From: a bacterium
Lineage (GTDB): Bacteria; SAR324; JACQKK01
Direction of reading: 5' to 3'
Assembly (NCBI GenBank): GCA_035266845.1
Contig: DATFMP010000054.1
Span: 93,709-157,708 of the forward strand
Length of the DNA stretch: 64,000 nt
Part shown: one piece after another, positions 40,230 to 51,717 of the stretch
Position numbering within the stretch: position 1 is the stretch's first letter
How the letters are laid out: each line of letters starts with the position of its first letter
Position numbers and translations under genes: made by a program
The notes under the pieces: generated by a model
Databases searched by the model: none
The model's input: only the letters and a program-made list of their open reading frames with translations
What the model was told of the DNA's origin: nothing

Positions 40230-40562
40230 ATGGAGCACCAATCTCAAGAGCGCACGGACGATCAGCGCGAGCAGCTCCCCAAGGAAGCGGGGGCGATGAC
40301 CGGGGAAAAGGACGTCCGCATCGAGATGATGAACCGCGACAAACGGCACGAAGCCCTCGCCTGGGCGGAAGCCTACAAGCTCATCCGCGGAGGGGTGGAT
40401 GAGGTGGTGGAGTTCATCGAGGGCTCGCAATACACGATCGAGCTATTACTGGAGACGCTGCGCGATGCGGCTTGCCGCTGCCGCGACGTGAATCCGCCCA
40501 GAGACCCCGCCGGCTGCGAGTTCTGCCAGCGGCGCGACGAGTTGCTGTCCCAGCTCGCCTAG
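40230..40562 (+). CDS. hypothetical acidic protein with C-terminal CxC...CxxC motif
   Basis: GGGAG RBS before MEHQSQ. ...AACRCRDVNPPRDPAGCEFCQRR. Co-oriented with the DUF1272 gene. Confidence 0.45.
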   Translation: MEHQSQERTDDQREQLPKEAGAMTGEKDVRIEMMNRDKRHEALAWAEAYKLIRGGVDEVVEFIEGSQYTIELLLETLRDAACRCRDVNPPRDPAGCEFCQRRDELLSQLA

Positions 40563-40710
40563 CACTGGGCGCCCCCCAGTCCAGTCCACCTGCAGGAATC
40601 CGGCCCGCCCCATGGCGGGCCGCGCAGGTCTGCGTGCGCGCGGTTGGCGCCTGCCTCCGCCCATCCAGGTTACTGGCTCCTATCGAATTCGTGAGATCTG
40701 CGGGCCGGCC

Positions 40711-41781
40711 TCAGCCGGCGGCGGCCACGGCGTCGGAGGCGATCTCCGGCAGGGCAGCGCTCGTGCTGCGGGCGAGCTGGCCGCAGGCCGCCTGGATGTC
40801 CTGGCCCTTGGAGATGCGAATGGTGGCCAGCACGCCGCGATCCAGCAGGATGCGCTGAAAGGCATGGGCGTGTGCCAGGGTGGGCGGCCGGTAGGGACTG
40901 CCCGGGTGGGCGTTGTAGGGAATCAGGTTCACCTTGCACTTGAAGCCGTGGAGCAGCCGCACCAGCTTATGTGCCGCCTCCAGGCCATCCGTCAGCCCGT
41001 CCAGCAGCACGTATTCGAAGGTGATCCGGTAGCGGTTCTCCGAAGGCACCTCGCGGCAGGCGTCCAGCAGCGCCTCGATGTTCCAGCGGCGATTCACGGG
41101 CATCAGGCGCGAGCGCACGGCGTCGTCCACGCCGTTCAGCGATACAGCCAGGTTGGCGCGCAGGCCCTCACGCACATAGCGGCGGATGCCGGACACGAGG
41201 CCGGAAGTGGACACCGTGAGCCGCCGCGACGACAGGCCGAAGCCGTGATCCTCCTGCAGGATTTCCAGCGCGGCCTTGAGGTTGTCGAAGTTGTGCAGCG
41301 GCTCGCCCATGCCCATGAACACGACATTGCGCACGAACTTATCACCAGTGATGGCGCGGGCCGCCTCCACCACCTGCTGCACGATCTCGCCCGGCGAGAG
41401 GTTGCGCACGAGGCCCATCTTGGCCGTGGCGCAGAAGTCGCAGCCCATCGCGCAGCCCACCTGCGTGGAGACGCACACGGTGTAGTGCGTCAGGTTGGGC
41501 ATCAGCACCGTTTCGATCTGCCGCCCGTCCGGCAAGGCAAATGCGAACTTCACGGAGCCGTCCGCGGATTCGGCTTGCGCCACCGGCTCCAGGTTGCCGA
41601 TGTGGAAGTGCCCTGCCAGCGTCGCGCGCATGTCCTTGGACAGGCTGCTCATCTGCGCGAAGTCCGTCGCCTTGTGCTGATAGAGCCACTGGAAGATCTG
41701 GCGGGCGCGGAAGGGCTTCTCGCCCTGCGAGCCGAGCCATTCCGCCAAGGCGGGCAGCGTGTAGTCCTTGATGTTGTCCAT
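40711..41781 (-). CDS. rlmN: 23S rRNA (adenine2503-C2)/tRNA methyltransferase RlmN (radical SAM)
   Basis: CxxxCxxC (GCAMGCDFC) and RlmN-specific MPVNRRW motif. Start at MDNIKDY. Confidence 0.9.
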   Translation of the reverse strand: MDNIKDYTLPALAEWLGSQGEKPFRARQIFQWLYQHKATDFAQMSSLSKDMRATLAGHFHIGNLEPVAQAESADGSVKFAFALPDGRQIETVLMPNLTHYTVCVSTQVGCAMGCDFCATAKMGLVRNLSPGEIVQQVVEAARAITGDKFVRNVVFMGMGEPLHNFDNLKAALEILQEDHGFGLSSRRLTVSTSGLVSGIRRYVREGLRANLAVSLNGVDDAVRSRLMPVNRRWNIEALLDACREVPSENRYRITFEYVLLDGLTDGLEAAHKLVRLLHGFKCKVNLIPYNAHPGSPYRPPTLAHAHAFQRILLDRGVLATIRISKGQDIQAACGQLARSTSAALPEIASDAVAAAG

Positions 41782-42693
41782 AGCGATTCCGTCCGGTCGC
41801 ACCGGGAGTTCGGGGGCCGCTGGGCTCATGCGTCGCCGCGGCGCAGGATGCGTCCCACCGCCTGTCCCATCCGCACCGGCGTACCCGGCGCCAAGTCATC
41901 CAGCACCGCCTCGCCCAGCCGGCACAGCACGATCACCGTGGAACCCAGCTCGAAGCGTCCCAGCTCAGCCCCACGCTCCAGCGGCAGCGGGGGCTGCACG
42001 GGCGCGGCCATGGGCCGGGCGCCCGGCCGGTTGGTCCTCACCGGATGATAGACCACGCGCACACTGCCAACAACGGTCGCACCCACGGCCACCACGGCCA
42101 GTTCCCCGAAGGATGCCGCCAGGAAGCTGACCACGCGCTCATTGCGTGCGAAGAGGCCCGGCACGCCCCGCACACCGGCGGGACTCACCGTCCACAGCTC
42201 GCCCGGGGCGTAAGCGAAACGCGCCACCTCCCCCGCACAGGGGGTGTGAATGCGGTGGTAGTCGCGCGGGCTGAGGTAGACCGTCAGGGCCGTGCCGCCC
42301 TCGTAGGCCTGCCAGCCCTCAGCGGCACCCAGCAGGGCTTCCAGACTGTAGCTGTGCCCCTTGGCCTGCAGGAGCTGCCCGTGCGCGATGGGCCCCGCGG
42401 CGATCACGGTGCCATCCACCGGGCACAGCAGCGCGTCAGGCTCCGGCGCCAGGGGCCGCAGCCCGGGCCGCACAGCGCGGCCGAAGAAGGCGTTGAAGGT
42501 GCGGAAGCCCTCCGCCGGCACCACGAACTGCGCCATGTCGATGCGGAACAGCGCCACGTACAGGGCGATCGTGGGACGCAGCAGCCAGCCCGGCCAGGGC
42601 GTGGCCGCCACCCAGCCCATCAGCCGGCTGAAGGCGCGCTTGGGAAACCAGCGGAAGAGGCGGTAGTAGAGCCAGGGCAAGGAGGTGCCGACC

Positions 42694-44493
<1,800 letters not shown>

Positions 44494-44717
44494 GACACCT
44501 CGACCGGCAATAGGAATCGGACCCCAGCCCTGTGATGGGGTGTGCCTTTATGGCGCTTCGGATCGGGAAGGCGGCGGGCGCGGGCTACGGCCGCGATCTG
44601 GGGCCTTGCTCAGTCACGATGGCGTCCGGTGCAGGCCCTACCCATGATAAATTCGCCCGGGCCATGAGTCAATCGCGCAGGCCGCCACCGCCCGCGCACG
44701 TCCCAAGCGCTTCGGCA

Positions 44718-45956
44718 TCAATCCGGGCGGCGGAAGGCCACCACCGCATTGTGGCCACCGAAGGCGAATGCGTTGGACAGCACGGCCGTAAGCGGCACTT
44801 CCCGCGCGGTATGCGGCACATAGTCCAGGTCCAGCTCCGGGTCCGGATCGTCCAGGTTGATCGTGGGCGGGATCACGCCGTGCCGCAGTGCCAGCACGCA
44901 GGCCACGGCCTCGATGCCCGCCGCCCCGCCCAGGCTGTGGCCCACCATGGACTTGATGGAACTGACCGGCACCTGGCCGGCCTGCTCGCCCCAGATTTCC
45001 TTGATGGCCCGCGTCTCCAGCGCGTCGTTGAGCGGCGTGGAGGTGCCATGGGCATTGATGTAGCTCACGTCCTGCGGGTTCAGCGCGGCATCCTGCAGGG
45101 CCAGCCGGATGCAGCGCACGGCGCCCAGCCCCTCCGGGTGCGGGGCCGTCAGATGGTACGCATCGGCGTTGATGCCGTAGCCCGCCACCTCGGCCAGTAT
45201 CTCCGCACCCCGCCCCCGCGCGTGGCTCAGGCTCTCCAGCACGAGCACCCCGGCGCCCTCGGCGAGCACGAAGCCGTCGCGCTCGCGGCTGAAGGGCCGG
45301 CTGGCGGTGGTCGGGTCGTCGTTGCGCGTGGAAAGGGCGCGCAACTGGTGGTAGCCGTCCATGGCGAAGGCGGAGATGGTGGACTCGCTACCGCCCGCCA
45401 CCATCACGTCCGCCCGGCCCAGTCGGATCAGGTCCGTGGCCGCGGCGATGTTGTGGTTGCCGGTGGCGCAGGCGGTGGAAATGCACAGATTGGGGCCGGC
45501 CAACCCGTGATGGATGGCCACGTTGGCCGCCGCCATGTTCGCGATCACGATGGGCACCGTGAGCGGGTGGAACTTGCCCGGCCCACGCTCCAGGAACTTC
45601 GCGTACTGCTCCTCCAGGAAGGGCTCGCCCCCGATGCCCGAGCCGATCGCCACCCCCACGCGCTCCCGGTCCGCCGCCAGGGCGCCGTCCGCGCCGGGCT
45701 GCAAGCCCGCTTGGCCCAGGGCCTGCTGGGCGGCGGAAAAGGCAAGCTGCGCGAAGCGCGCCATGCGCTTGCCCAGGCGCGGATCGAAGGCGAAGTCCTT
45801 CACCTCGCCCGCAATCCGCACGCCCATCGCCGAGGCATCGTAGGCGCGCACCGGGCCGATGCCCGAGCGTCCCGCCAGCAGGGACTCCCAGAATGACGGC
45901 ACGTCGTTGCCGATGCACGAAACGACGCCCAGACCGGTCACGACCACGCGTTCCAT
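44718..45956 (-). CDS. beta-ketoacyl-[ACP] synthase I/II paralog
   Basis: MERVVVTGLGVVS...ACATGNHNI...GHSLGGAAG. Second KAS in the window, outside the fab cluster. Confidence 0.85.
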   Translation of the reverse strand: MERVVVTGLGVVSCIGNDVPSFWESLLAGRSGIGPVRAYDASAMGVRIAGEVKDFAFDPRLGKRMARFAQLAFSAAQQALGQAGLQPGADGALAADRERVGVAIGSGIGGEPFLEEQYAKFLERGPGKFHPLTVPIVIANMAAANVAIHHGLAGPNLCISTACATGNHNIAAATDLIRLGRADVMVAGGSESTISAFAMDGYHQLRALSTRNDDPTTASRPFSRERDGFVLAEGAGVLVLESLSHARGRGAEILAEVAGYGINADAYHLTAPHPEGLGAVRCIRLALQDAALNPQDVSYINAHGTSTPLNDALETRAIKEIWGEQAGQVPVSSIKSMVGHSLGGAAGIEAVACVLALRHGVIPPTINLDDPDPELDLDYVPHTAREVPLTAVLSNAFAFGGHNAVVAFRRPD

Positions 45957-46151
45957 CACCTTTTGCTCCCAGACGGTTGGCTGTGGGCGACCCGTGCGGG
46001 CTACCCGATGCGAGGGCGCATCACCACGCACCCCTACCGGCCATGATGCGTTCCCGGCGCGAACTGCAGAGCCGATAGAGAAATCGGAATAGCCTTCTTG
46101 AATACACGCTTTCGCGCCGGACGGCAGCCCTGGATTGTGCGCTCCGGCTCT

Positions 46152-47219
46152 TCAGACGCGTTGCGGCGCGATCAGCATGCAGTCGCCGAAGCTGAAGAAG
46201 CGGTACTCCTGGGCCACCGCCTCGGCGTAAGCAGCCAGCAGGCGCTCGCGCCCGTAAAGGGCAGAGACCATCAGCATCAGTGTGCTCTTGGGCAGGTGGA
46301 AATTGGTCAGCAGCCCATCCACTATCCGGAATTCATAGGGCGGGCGGATGTACAGGCGCGTCCAGCCCTGGTGGTCCGGGCGCGCGCCCTCGGCTGCCCA
46401 ACTCTCCAACGCACGCACGGTGGTGGTGCCCACGGCGATCACGGGGCGGCCCTGGGCGCGCGCCTGCATGATGCGCGCGGCCGTCTCGGCGGGCAGTTCG
46501 AACCATTCGTCGTGCATGGTGTGATCGGCCGTGTCCGACACCTTGACCTTGGCGAAGGTGCCCAGTCCCACGTGCAGGGTCAGCTCCGCCGTCTCGACGC
46601 CTCGCGCGCGAACATCCGCCAGCACCTGCGGCGTGAAGTGCAGCCCGGCGGTGGGGGCAGCGATGGCACCTTCCACGCGCGCATAGCAGGTCTGGTAGGC
46701 CGCGCGGTCCGCCTGCACCGCGGCGGCGTCGTAGCCACCGTGCAGGTCGCGCCGGATGTACGGCGGCAGAGGCGCCATGCCGTGCGCCTCCAGCCGCGCC
46801 GTCAGATCCTGCGACGATTCGAACTGCAGACGCCACGCGCCGTCCTCCGTGCGCTCCAGGGCACGCGCCGGCAGGGCCCCCTCGGCAAAGGGAATCGTCA
46901 TGCCCGGCTTGATGCGCCGGGCTTTGCGCACCAACGCGTGCCAGAGCCCCGGAGCCTCCTCGACCACCAGCAGCGCCTCCAGTTCCACGCCAGAGGGCAG
47001 CCGGGCCGCCAAACGCCGCGGGGGCACGCGCGTGTTGTTCATCACAAGCAGGGCATCCGGCGGCAGCAGCGCCGGCAGCTCGGAGAAGACGTGGTGGGCG
47101 ATGGCGTCGCTGCCGCGTTGCAGCAGCATCAGGCGGGAACGATCGCGTGCCGGCAGGGGGCGTTGCGCGATCAGGTGCTCGGGCAGCGGGAAGTCGTAGT
47201 CCTCGAAGCGGTCCGTCAT
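46152..47219 (-). CDS. queA: S-adenosylmethionine:tRNA ribosyltransferase-isomerase
   Basis: Start at MTDRFEDYDF. ...PLPPYIRR...AAPTAGLHFT...VGTTTVRALE. Confidence 0.9.
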   Translation of the reverse strand: MTDRFEDYDFPLPEHLIAQRPLPARDRSRLMLLQRGSDAIAHHVFSELPALLPPDALLVMNNTRVPPRRLAARLPSGVELEALLVVEEAPGLWHALVRKARRIKPGMTIPFAEGALPARALERTEDGAWRLQFESSQDLTARLEAHGMAPLPPYIRRDLHGGYDAAAVQADRAAYQTCYARVEGAIAAPTAGLHFTPQVLADVRARGVETAELTLHVGLGTFAKVKVSDTADHTMHDEWFELPAETAARIMQARAQGRPVIAVGTTTVRALESWAAEGARPDHQGWTRLYIRPPYEFRIVDGLLTNFHLPKSTLMLMVSALYGRERLLAAYAEAVAQEYRFFSFGDCMLIAPQRV

Positions 47220-47227
47220 GAAGCTCT

Positions 47228-47806
47228 TCAGTTGACGAGCACCGTCTCCTGCTCGTGCCCGCAGTGCTGACACACCGTGGCCAGCAGCTCGATCGATTTT
47301 TGGCAATTCGTGCACGGCTTGAAATCCCAGCCCGTGTGCTCCTTGGGCCGCAGGGCGGAAAGCAGCCGGTGCTCGACGGGCGCCTTGCCGACGGCGCCAG
47401 CGGCACCGGCGGCGGAACGCGTCTGCTGCAGAAGCTTGGCGCGCAGTTGCGCTGTGATGTCGTCGTAGTTGCGGTGGTACGCCTTGAATTCCTGCAGCGT
47501 GCGGTACAGCGCCACCAGCAGCACCACCGCCATGGTGCCGATCACGAGGGCCATCCAGCGAGGGGAGTAGGGATCGAGCAGCGAATACAGCGCAAAACCG
47601 AGGAGCACCAGCGTGAAGGTGAGGAAGCCCGCCAGGCTCACCTTGAAGATCTCCACGATCACGCGATGCTGATACTCGTGGAGCCGCAGGAGGCTCTGGC
47701 CCTTGCCACGCGATGCGTTCGCACCGGCGTTGGCCGTGGGTTCGCCGGGGCGGAGCGCCTTGAAGGGCGCCAGCAGTATCTCGGGAAAGGCTCTCAGCGG
47801 CTTCAT
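47228..47806 (-). CDS. hypothetical membrane protein with C-terminal zinc ribbon (CTNCQ...CQHCGH)
   Basis: Start at MKPLRAF. 2 TM helices. CxxC-x10-CxxC. 9-nt gap to queA. Confidence 0.5.
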   Translation of the reverse strand: MKPLRAFPEILLAPFKALRPGEPTANAGANASRGKGQSLLRLHEYQHRVIVEIFKVSLAGFLTFTLVLLGFALYSLLDPYSPRWMALVIGTMAVVLLVALYRTLQEFKAYHRNYDDITAQLRAKLLQQTRSAAGAAGAVGKAPVEHRLLSALRPKEHTGWDFKPCTNCQKSIELLATVCQHCGHEQETVLVN

Positions 47807-48171
47807 ATGAGGTGCGTGGCTCCGAGGATCGGTTACTCTCCGACGGACCGCCCTACGGTGCCCCCGCACCGGGCTGTCCAGCTTCCGACCGGCATTTCGG
47901 CTGGTGGATTGCGCTGCGCGCGTCCGTACCAGTTATACCCCCACGCGCACAGGTAGTGCAAGGTTGGCCCCGGCGGCCCGCGGTCCGCCAAGCCGCCGCT
48001 GGCGCGTCATCGGGCCGGGCCGGCCGATGCTCACGGGGTGCGGCCGGCAAGGCTTCCACGCTTTGAGTTTCCCCGGAGAATCCGTCAGAATCGCAGGGGG
48101 AGCCACCGCGGCGCCCCGGTCCGCGCCCGGCGGCGCGACGTCCCGCACGCACCCCGAACCCCGCCCCGACC

Positions 48172-48978
48172 ATGGCCGACGCACACGACCCCCGCGGCAG
48201 CGGGACTCACCCCATCCACCGGCTGCTGCAGACGATGGCCACGCTGCGGGGCCCCGATGGCTGCCCTTGGGACCGTGCCCAGACCCACCGCTCGCTGCTG
48301 CCCTACCTGGTGGAGGAAGCCTACGAGCTGATCGAGGCGGCGGAGAGCGACGATGACGCCGCACTGCGGGAAGAGCTGGGCGACGTGCTGCTGCAGGTCG
48401 TCTTCCACGCGCAGGTGGCGGAGGAGCGCGGTGCCTTTACCTTCGCGGAGGTGGCGGCCGGGCTGGACGAGAAGCTGCGCGAGCGGCACCCGCACGTGTT
48501 CGGTGGGACCCCACTGGAGACGCCGGACGCCGTCAACGCCGCCTGGCACGCGCGCAAGATGCTGGCGCGCAACTCCGCCCTGGATGGCGTGCCTCACGCC
48601 CTGCCGGCCCTGCAGCTCGCGGCGCAGACCAGCAGCCGCGCGGCTCGCTCCGGCTTCGAGTGGAACCACCGCGGGGAGATCCTGGCCAAGGCGGCCGAGG
48701 AGCTGGAGGAGTTCCGCGCGGCCCTGGAGGCACCGGAGACCCAGCCGCCACCCGAGGATGCCGAGGCGGAGCTGGGCGATCTGCTCTTCGCCATGGTGCA
48801 GCTCGCGCGCTGGCAGCGCATCGATCCGGAGGCGGCCCTGCGCCGCGCTACGCGAAAGTTCAGTGCCCGCTTCCGTTGGATGGAGGAGGCCCTGCGGGCC
48901 CGCGGATTGCAGCCCGAAGCCCAGGGCCCCGACCAGTGGTGGGCACTATGGGACGAGGCCAAAGCGGCCTTGGGATAG
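48172..48978 (+). CDS. mazG: nucleoside triphosphate pyrophosphohydrolase MazG
   Basis: GCPWD...EEAYELIEA...ELGDLLFAM tandem MazG domains. Confidence 0.85.
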   Translation: MADAHDPRGSGTHPIHRLLQTMATLRGPDGCPWDRAQTHRSLLPYLVEEAYELIEAAESDDDAALREELGDVLLQVVFHAQVAEERGAFTFAEVAAGLDEKLRERHPHVFGGTPLETPDAVNAAWHARKMLARNSALDGVPHALPALQLAAQTSSRAARSGFEWNHRGEILAKAAEELEEFRAALEAPETQPPPEDAEAELGDLLFAMVQLARWQRIDPEAALRRATRKFSARFRWMEEALRARGLQPEAQGPDQWWALWDEAKAALG

Positions 48979-49056
48979 CGGGCCCGGTGGTGGCGTGCCG
49001 CGGGGCGGTCGCGCCGCGGCGGACGGGGCAGGCAGGCAGCAGCACGAGGGAGCGCC

Positions 49057-50211
49057 ATGAAGGAAGACCACTACATCGGGGTGCTCGACCCGCGGATCCT
49101 GGAGTACGTCAAGTTCAGCCGCTTCCACTGGTGGGAAATCGGAGCCATCGCCGTGGTGCTGGGGGCCCTGCTCGGCTATGCCCTGCTGGCCGTAGTGCTG
49201 GATCGTCGCGCGCGTGCCCGGCGCCGCAAGCACAAGCAGCTGTCGCGGCTGGAGGCCTGGCTCGACGCCTGGCGGCTGGAGCCGGACGAGGAAGAGGCCC
49301 TGTGGGAGCTGGCCGGCCAACGCAAGCCGCTGGCCCTGTACGCGCTGCTGGCGGAGCCGCTGCGCTTCGAGCGCGCCGTGCACGAGGCACTTATCAGCGG
49401 CAAGCACCTGCCCTTCACCGAGCGCGTGCGCGATGCGCTGGGCTATCGCAGCGACAACCTGAGCTGCCCCGTCGTCTCCACACGACAGTTGATGGTGGGC
49501 GACCACCTGCGCTTTGCCGTGTGGGAAGAGGGGCGCCCGCAGCACCACTATGCCATCGTCACGGCCGTTTCCGCCGCCGGCCTGGCCGTCGAGCTGACCG
49601 AGGCGGGCTTCCGCGACGTGACGAGCGCGCGCGGGGAGACCGAACTTTTCTTTCTGCGTGGGAACGACCTGGAGGTGCGCTTCCCGCTGGCCGTCCGCAC
49701 GGCGGATGCGGAGCGCCACCGGCTGCTGCTGGCGCATCAACTGGTGCGCGGGGGGCAACGGCCGCGCAGCACGCGCCTGCCCATGCTGCGACCCATCACC
49801 TTTCGCCTGCGGGCCCAGGCCGCGGAGCTGGCCTCACCGCACGCCCTCGCCACCGGCGAACTTGCCGCCGGGCAACCGGGCGGCGCCCAGGGTCAGGAGA
49901 TGCGCGGTGCGCTGCTGGAGATGAGCGAGGGAGGCTTCTCGATGGTGACCCTCCACCCCGTGGCCGAGGGCGCGTATGTGGAGCACGCCATGCAACTGCC
50001 GCGGGGCCGCTACCTCCCCATCGTGGGGCGCGTGCTGGACTGCCGCGCATTCGCCGGCAACCGCTGGCTGGTGCGCTGCGAGCTGCGCGGGCTGACCCCC
50101 ACCCAGCGCAACACGCTGTCGCAGGTGCTGCGGCTGGAACAGGCGCGGCGCCTGCGCGCCATCCAGGCCGAGCGCCGCAAACGCCTGCGGGAATCCGGCG
50201 AGGCGCCCTAG
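49057..50211 (+). CDS. hypothetical membrane-anchored protein, possible degenerate PilZ-like domains
   Basis: N-terminal TM. Weak LEMSEGGF (DxSxGG-like) motif. Call speculative. Confidence 0.4.
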   Translation: MKEDHYIGVLDPRILEYVKFSRFHWWEIGAIAVVLGALLGYALLAVVLDRRARARRRKHKQLSRLEAWLDAWRLEPDEEEALWELAGQRKPLALYALLAEPLRFERAVHEALISGKHLPFTERVRDALGYRSDNLSCPVVSTRQLMVGDHLRFAVWEEGRPQHHYAIVTAVSAAGLAVELTEAGFRDVTSARGETELFFLRGNDLEVRFPLAVRTADAERHRLLLAHQLVRGGQRPRSTRLPMLRPITFRLRAQAAELASPHALATGELAAGQPGGAQGQEMRGALLEMSEGGFSMVTLHPVAEGAYVEHAMQLPRGRYLPIVGRVLDCRAFAGNRWLVRCELRGLTPTQRNTLSQVLRLEQARRLRAIQAERRKRLRESGEAP

Positions 50212-50214
50212 GCT

Positions 50215-50405
50215 GTACTTTGAAAAGCATTTCGCACAGGGGGGCGTTGCCCCCACACCCCCGCCAAGGAGCGGGGCTCTCTGGACCCTGTTTGCGGGCG
50301 AGACCGCGCCGGCCTTGGTCAGGGTCCGTATTGAGGGTGTGGGGCCCTTGGCCCCCGCGTTGGATTTCTCGTGGTTCTCAAGCGGCCCAGCCGCTTGAGA
50401 ACGCA
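50215..50405 (-). repeat. ~185-bp multi-hairpin intergenic repeat, copy B (reverse orientation)
   Basis: The reverse complement aligns with copies A and C. It has an intact terminal hairpin CAAGCGGCTGGGCCGCTTG. Confidence 0.75.
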
Positions 50406-50494
50406 CGTCCAAACATAATCTGGACGGTGGGGCAGGCGCTGGCCGCGCAGCAGGGAAGTGCTACGCGCGCCACCCTGCACGGCCCGGGAGGGAT

Positions 50495-50887
50495 TCACTC
50501 CGCAAGCTGGATCAGCTCGATGCTGTGGTTGTCCGGATCGCGGATGAAGGCGATCACGCTGCCGCCGAACTTCATGGGGCCCGGCTTGCGTGGCACGGAA
50601 ACGCCGGCCTGCTCCAGCCGCTCGCACAGCCCGTAGATGTCTTTCACGCCGATGGCGATGTGTCCCCAGGCATCGCCCAGGTCGTAGGGCTGCTCCTGAT
50701 CCCAGTTGTACGTCAGCTCCAGCATCGGGGCGCGCGGGTCGGAATCGTCGTAGCCCAGGAACGTGTTGGTGAACTTGCCGTCGGGGTACTCCTTCTGCCG
50801 GATCACCTTCATGCCCAGGTGCCGCGTGTAGAAGTCGATGGCCTTGTCCTGGTCCTTCACGCGCATCATCGTGTGCAGATACTGCAT
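50495..50887 (-). CDS. gloA: lactoylglutathione lyase (glyoxalase I)
   Basis: MMRVKDQDKAIDFYTRHLGM...HIAIGVKDI is a VOC-fold GloA. Confidence 0.85.
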   Translation of the reverse strand: MQYLHTMMRVKDQDKAIDFYTRHLGMKVIRQKEYPDGKFTNTFLGYDDSDPRAPMLELTYNWDQEQPYDLGDAWGHIAIGVKDIYGLCERLEQAGVSVPRKPGPMKFGGSVIAFIRDPDNHSIELIQLAE

Positions 50888-51300
50888 GCGCCGGTCCTCA
50901 CGGGTTGGGTGGCTGCCGGGGTTGGGCGTGGGCCTTGGCGCCCGCCCCTTGGATTGTCGGGGTTTTCAGGCCCAAGCCTAGCCCGGACCCCGCCGCCGCA
51001 CAAGCCGCCCCGGCGGCCCCACGCCAGCCCAGCCGGTGGCACGCGCAGGACGGCGGGAGCACCCTTGCCAGCGCGAAAACCTGCGGCAACCGCCGTCACC
51101 TGAAGGAGGATTGAGCCCCCATCCGGCAATGTGAAAAAAATCTGCCTGGGAATGAAAAATCTCCGTGAACCCGATTGACCCGGTGGTACTCCAAAGTTTG
51201 AAACGAGCAGCGAAGCCGGGAGACGCTCCCACCCGCACCGCAGGCTGCCGCTGCCGCTGAAAGAGTTCTCCAAAGCCGCCCCCCGGGGCGGCTCTCCCCC

Positions 51301-51345
51301 GAAAGCCCGGTGTGCCCCCCCTCACGCCGGGCTTTCGTCTTTCGT
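51301..51345 (+). terminator. terminator-like hairpin (10-bp GC stem GAAAGCCCGG/CCGGGCTTTC) followed by a TCTTTCG tract
   Basis: Read directly. Preceded by a second hairpin GCCGCCCC-ccgg-GGGCGGC at 51285-51302. It lies inside the ~800-bp intergenic region. Confidence 0.35.
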
Positions 51346-51420
51346 GCAGCCTCCCGGGTCAGCACCGCCGACCCCAACCACAGCCCTGACCGGACGCCGC
51401 CGAGGCCCCTGCAGGCCGGT

Positions 51421-51448
51421 TTGCCGCGGGCCGGGGTCGCGGTATAGT
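51421..51448 (+). promoter_or_regulatory. candidate sigma70 promoter TTGCCG-16-TATAGT
   Basis: Near-consensus -10. It is ~250 nt upstream of the Omp85-like gene start, implying a long leader or a separate sRNA. Confidence 0.35.
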
Positions 51449-51717
51449 GGCGCCGCAAGTCCCTATCTCGGCAAACCGGCGTGAGGTGTGGGCCCATGGA
51501 CGACTGGAGTGCCTTCGCGCAGTCACTGCGGGGTCTGAGGGGGCCCGGGGCGCCCACGCAGTGGCATCCGCCCCGCCCATCGCCCGCTGCCTGCCAGTAT
51601 GCCCCGTACGGTCACTCCCGACAGACCGAGCTGCGGCCCGAGCGGCCTCTCCGCCGCTGAGCGGCCGGCCGCGCGTCCGCCCCATCCATCCCGATGCCGT
51701 CGATCCGACCGCCGCCC

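Noticed and set aside
51174-51202. TTGACC-17-TTGAAA as sigma70 promoter or TGGTAC...TTTG as sigma54 promoter in the long intergenic region
   Set aside because: The -10 matches only 3/6. The GG/GC spacing does not fit the sigma54 -24/-12 consensus.
51496-51660. 54-codon ORF (MDDWSAFAQSLRG...) downstream of the TATAGT promoter
   Set aside because: Pro/Arg-rich, with no SD and below any reasonable size or composition support. It is more likely leader RNA.
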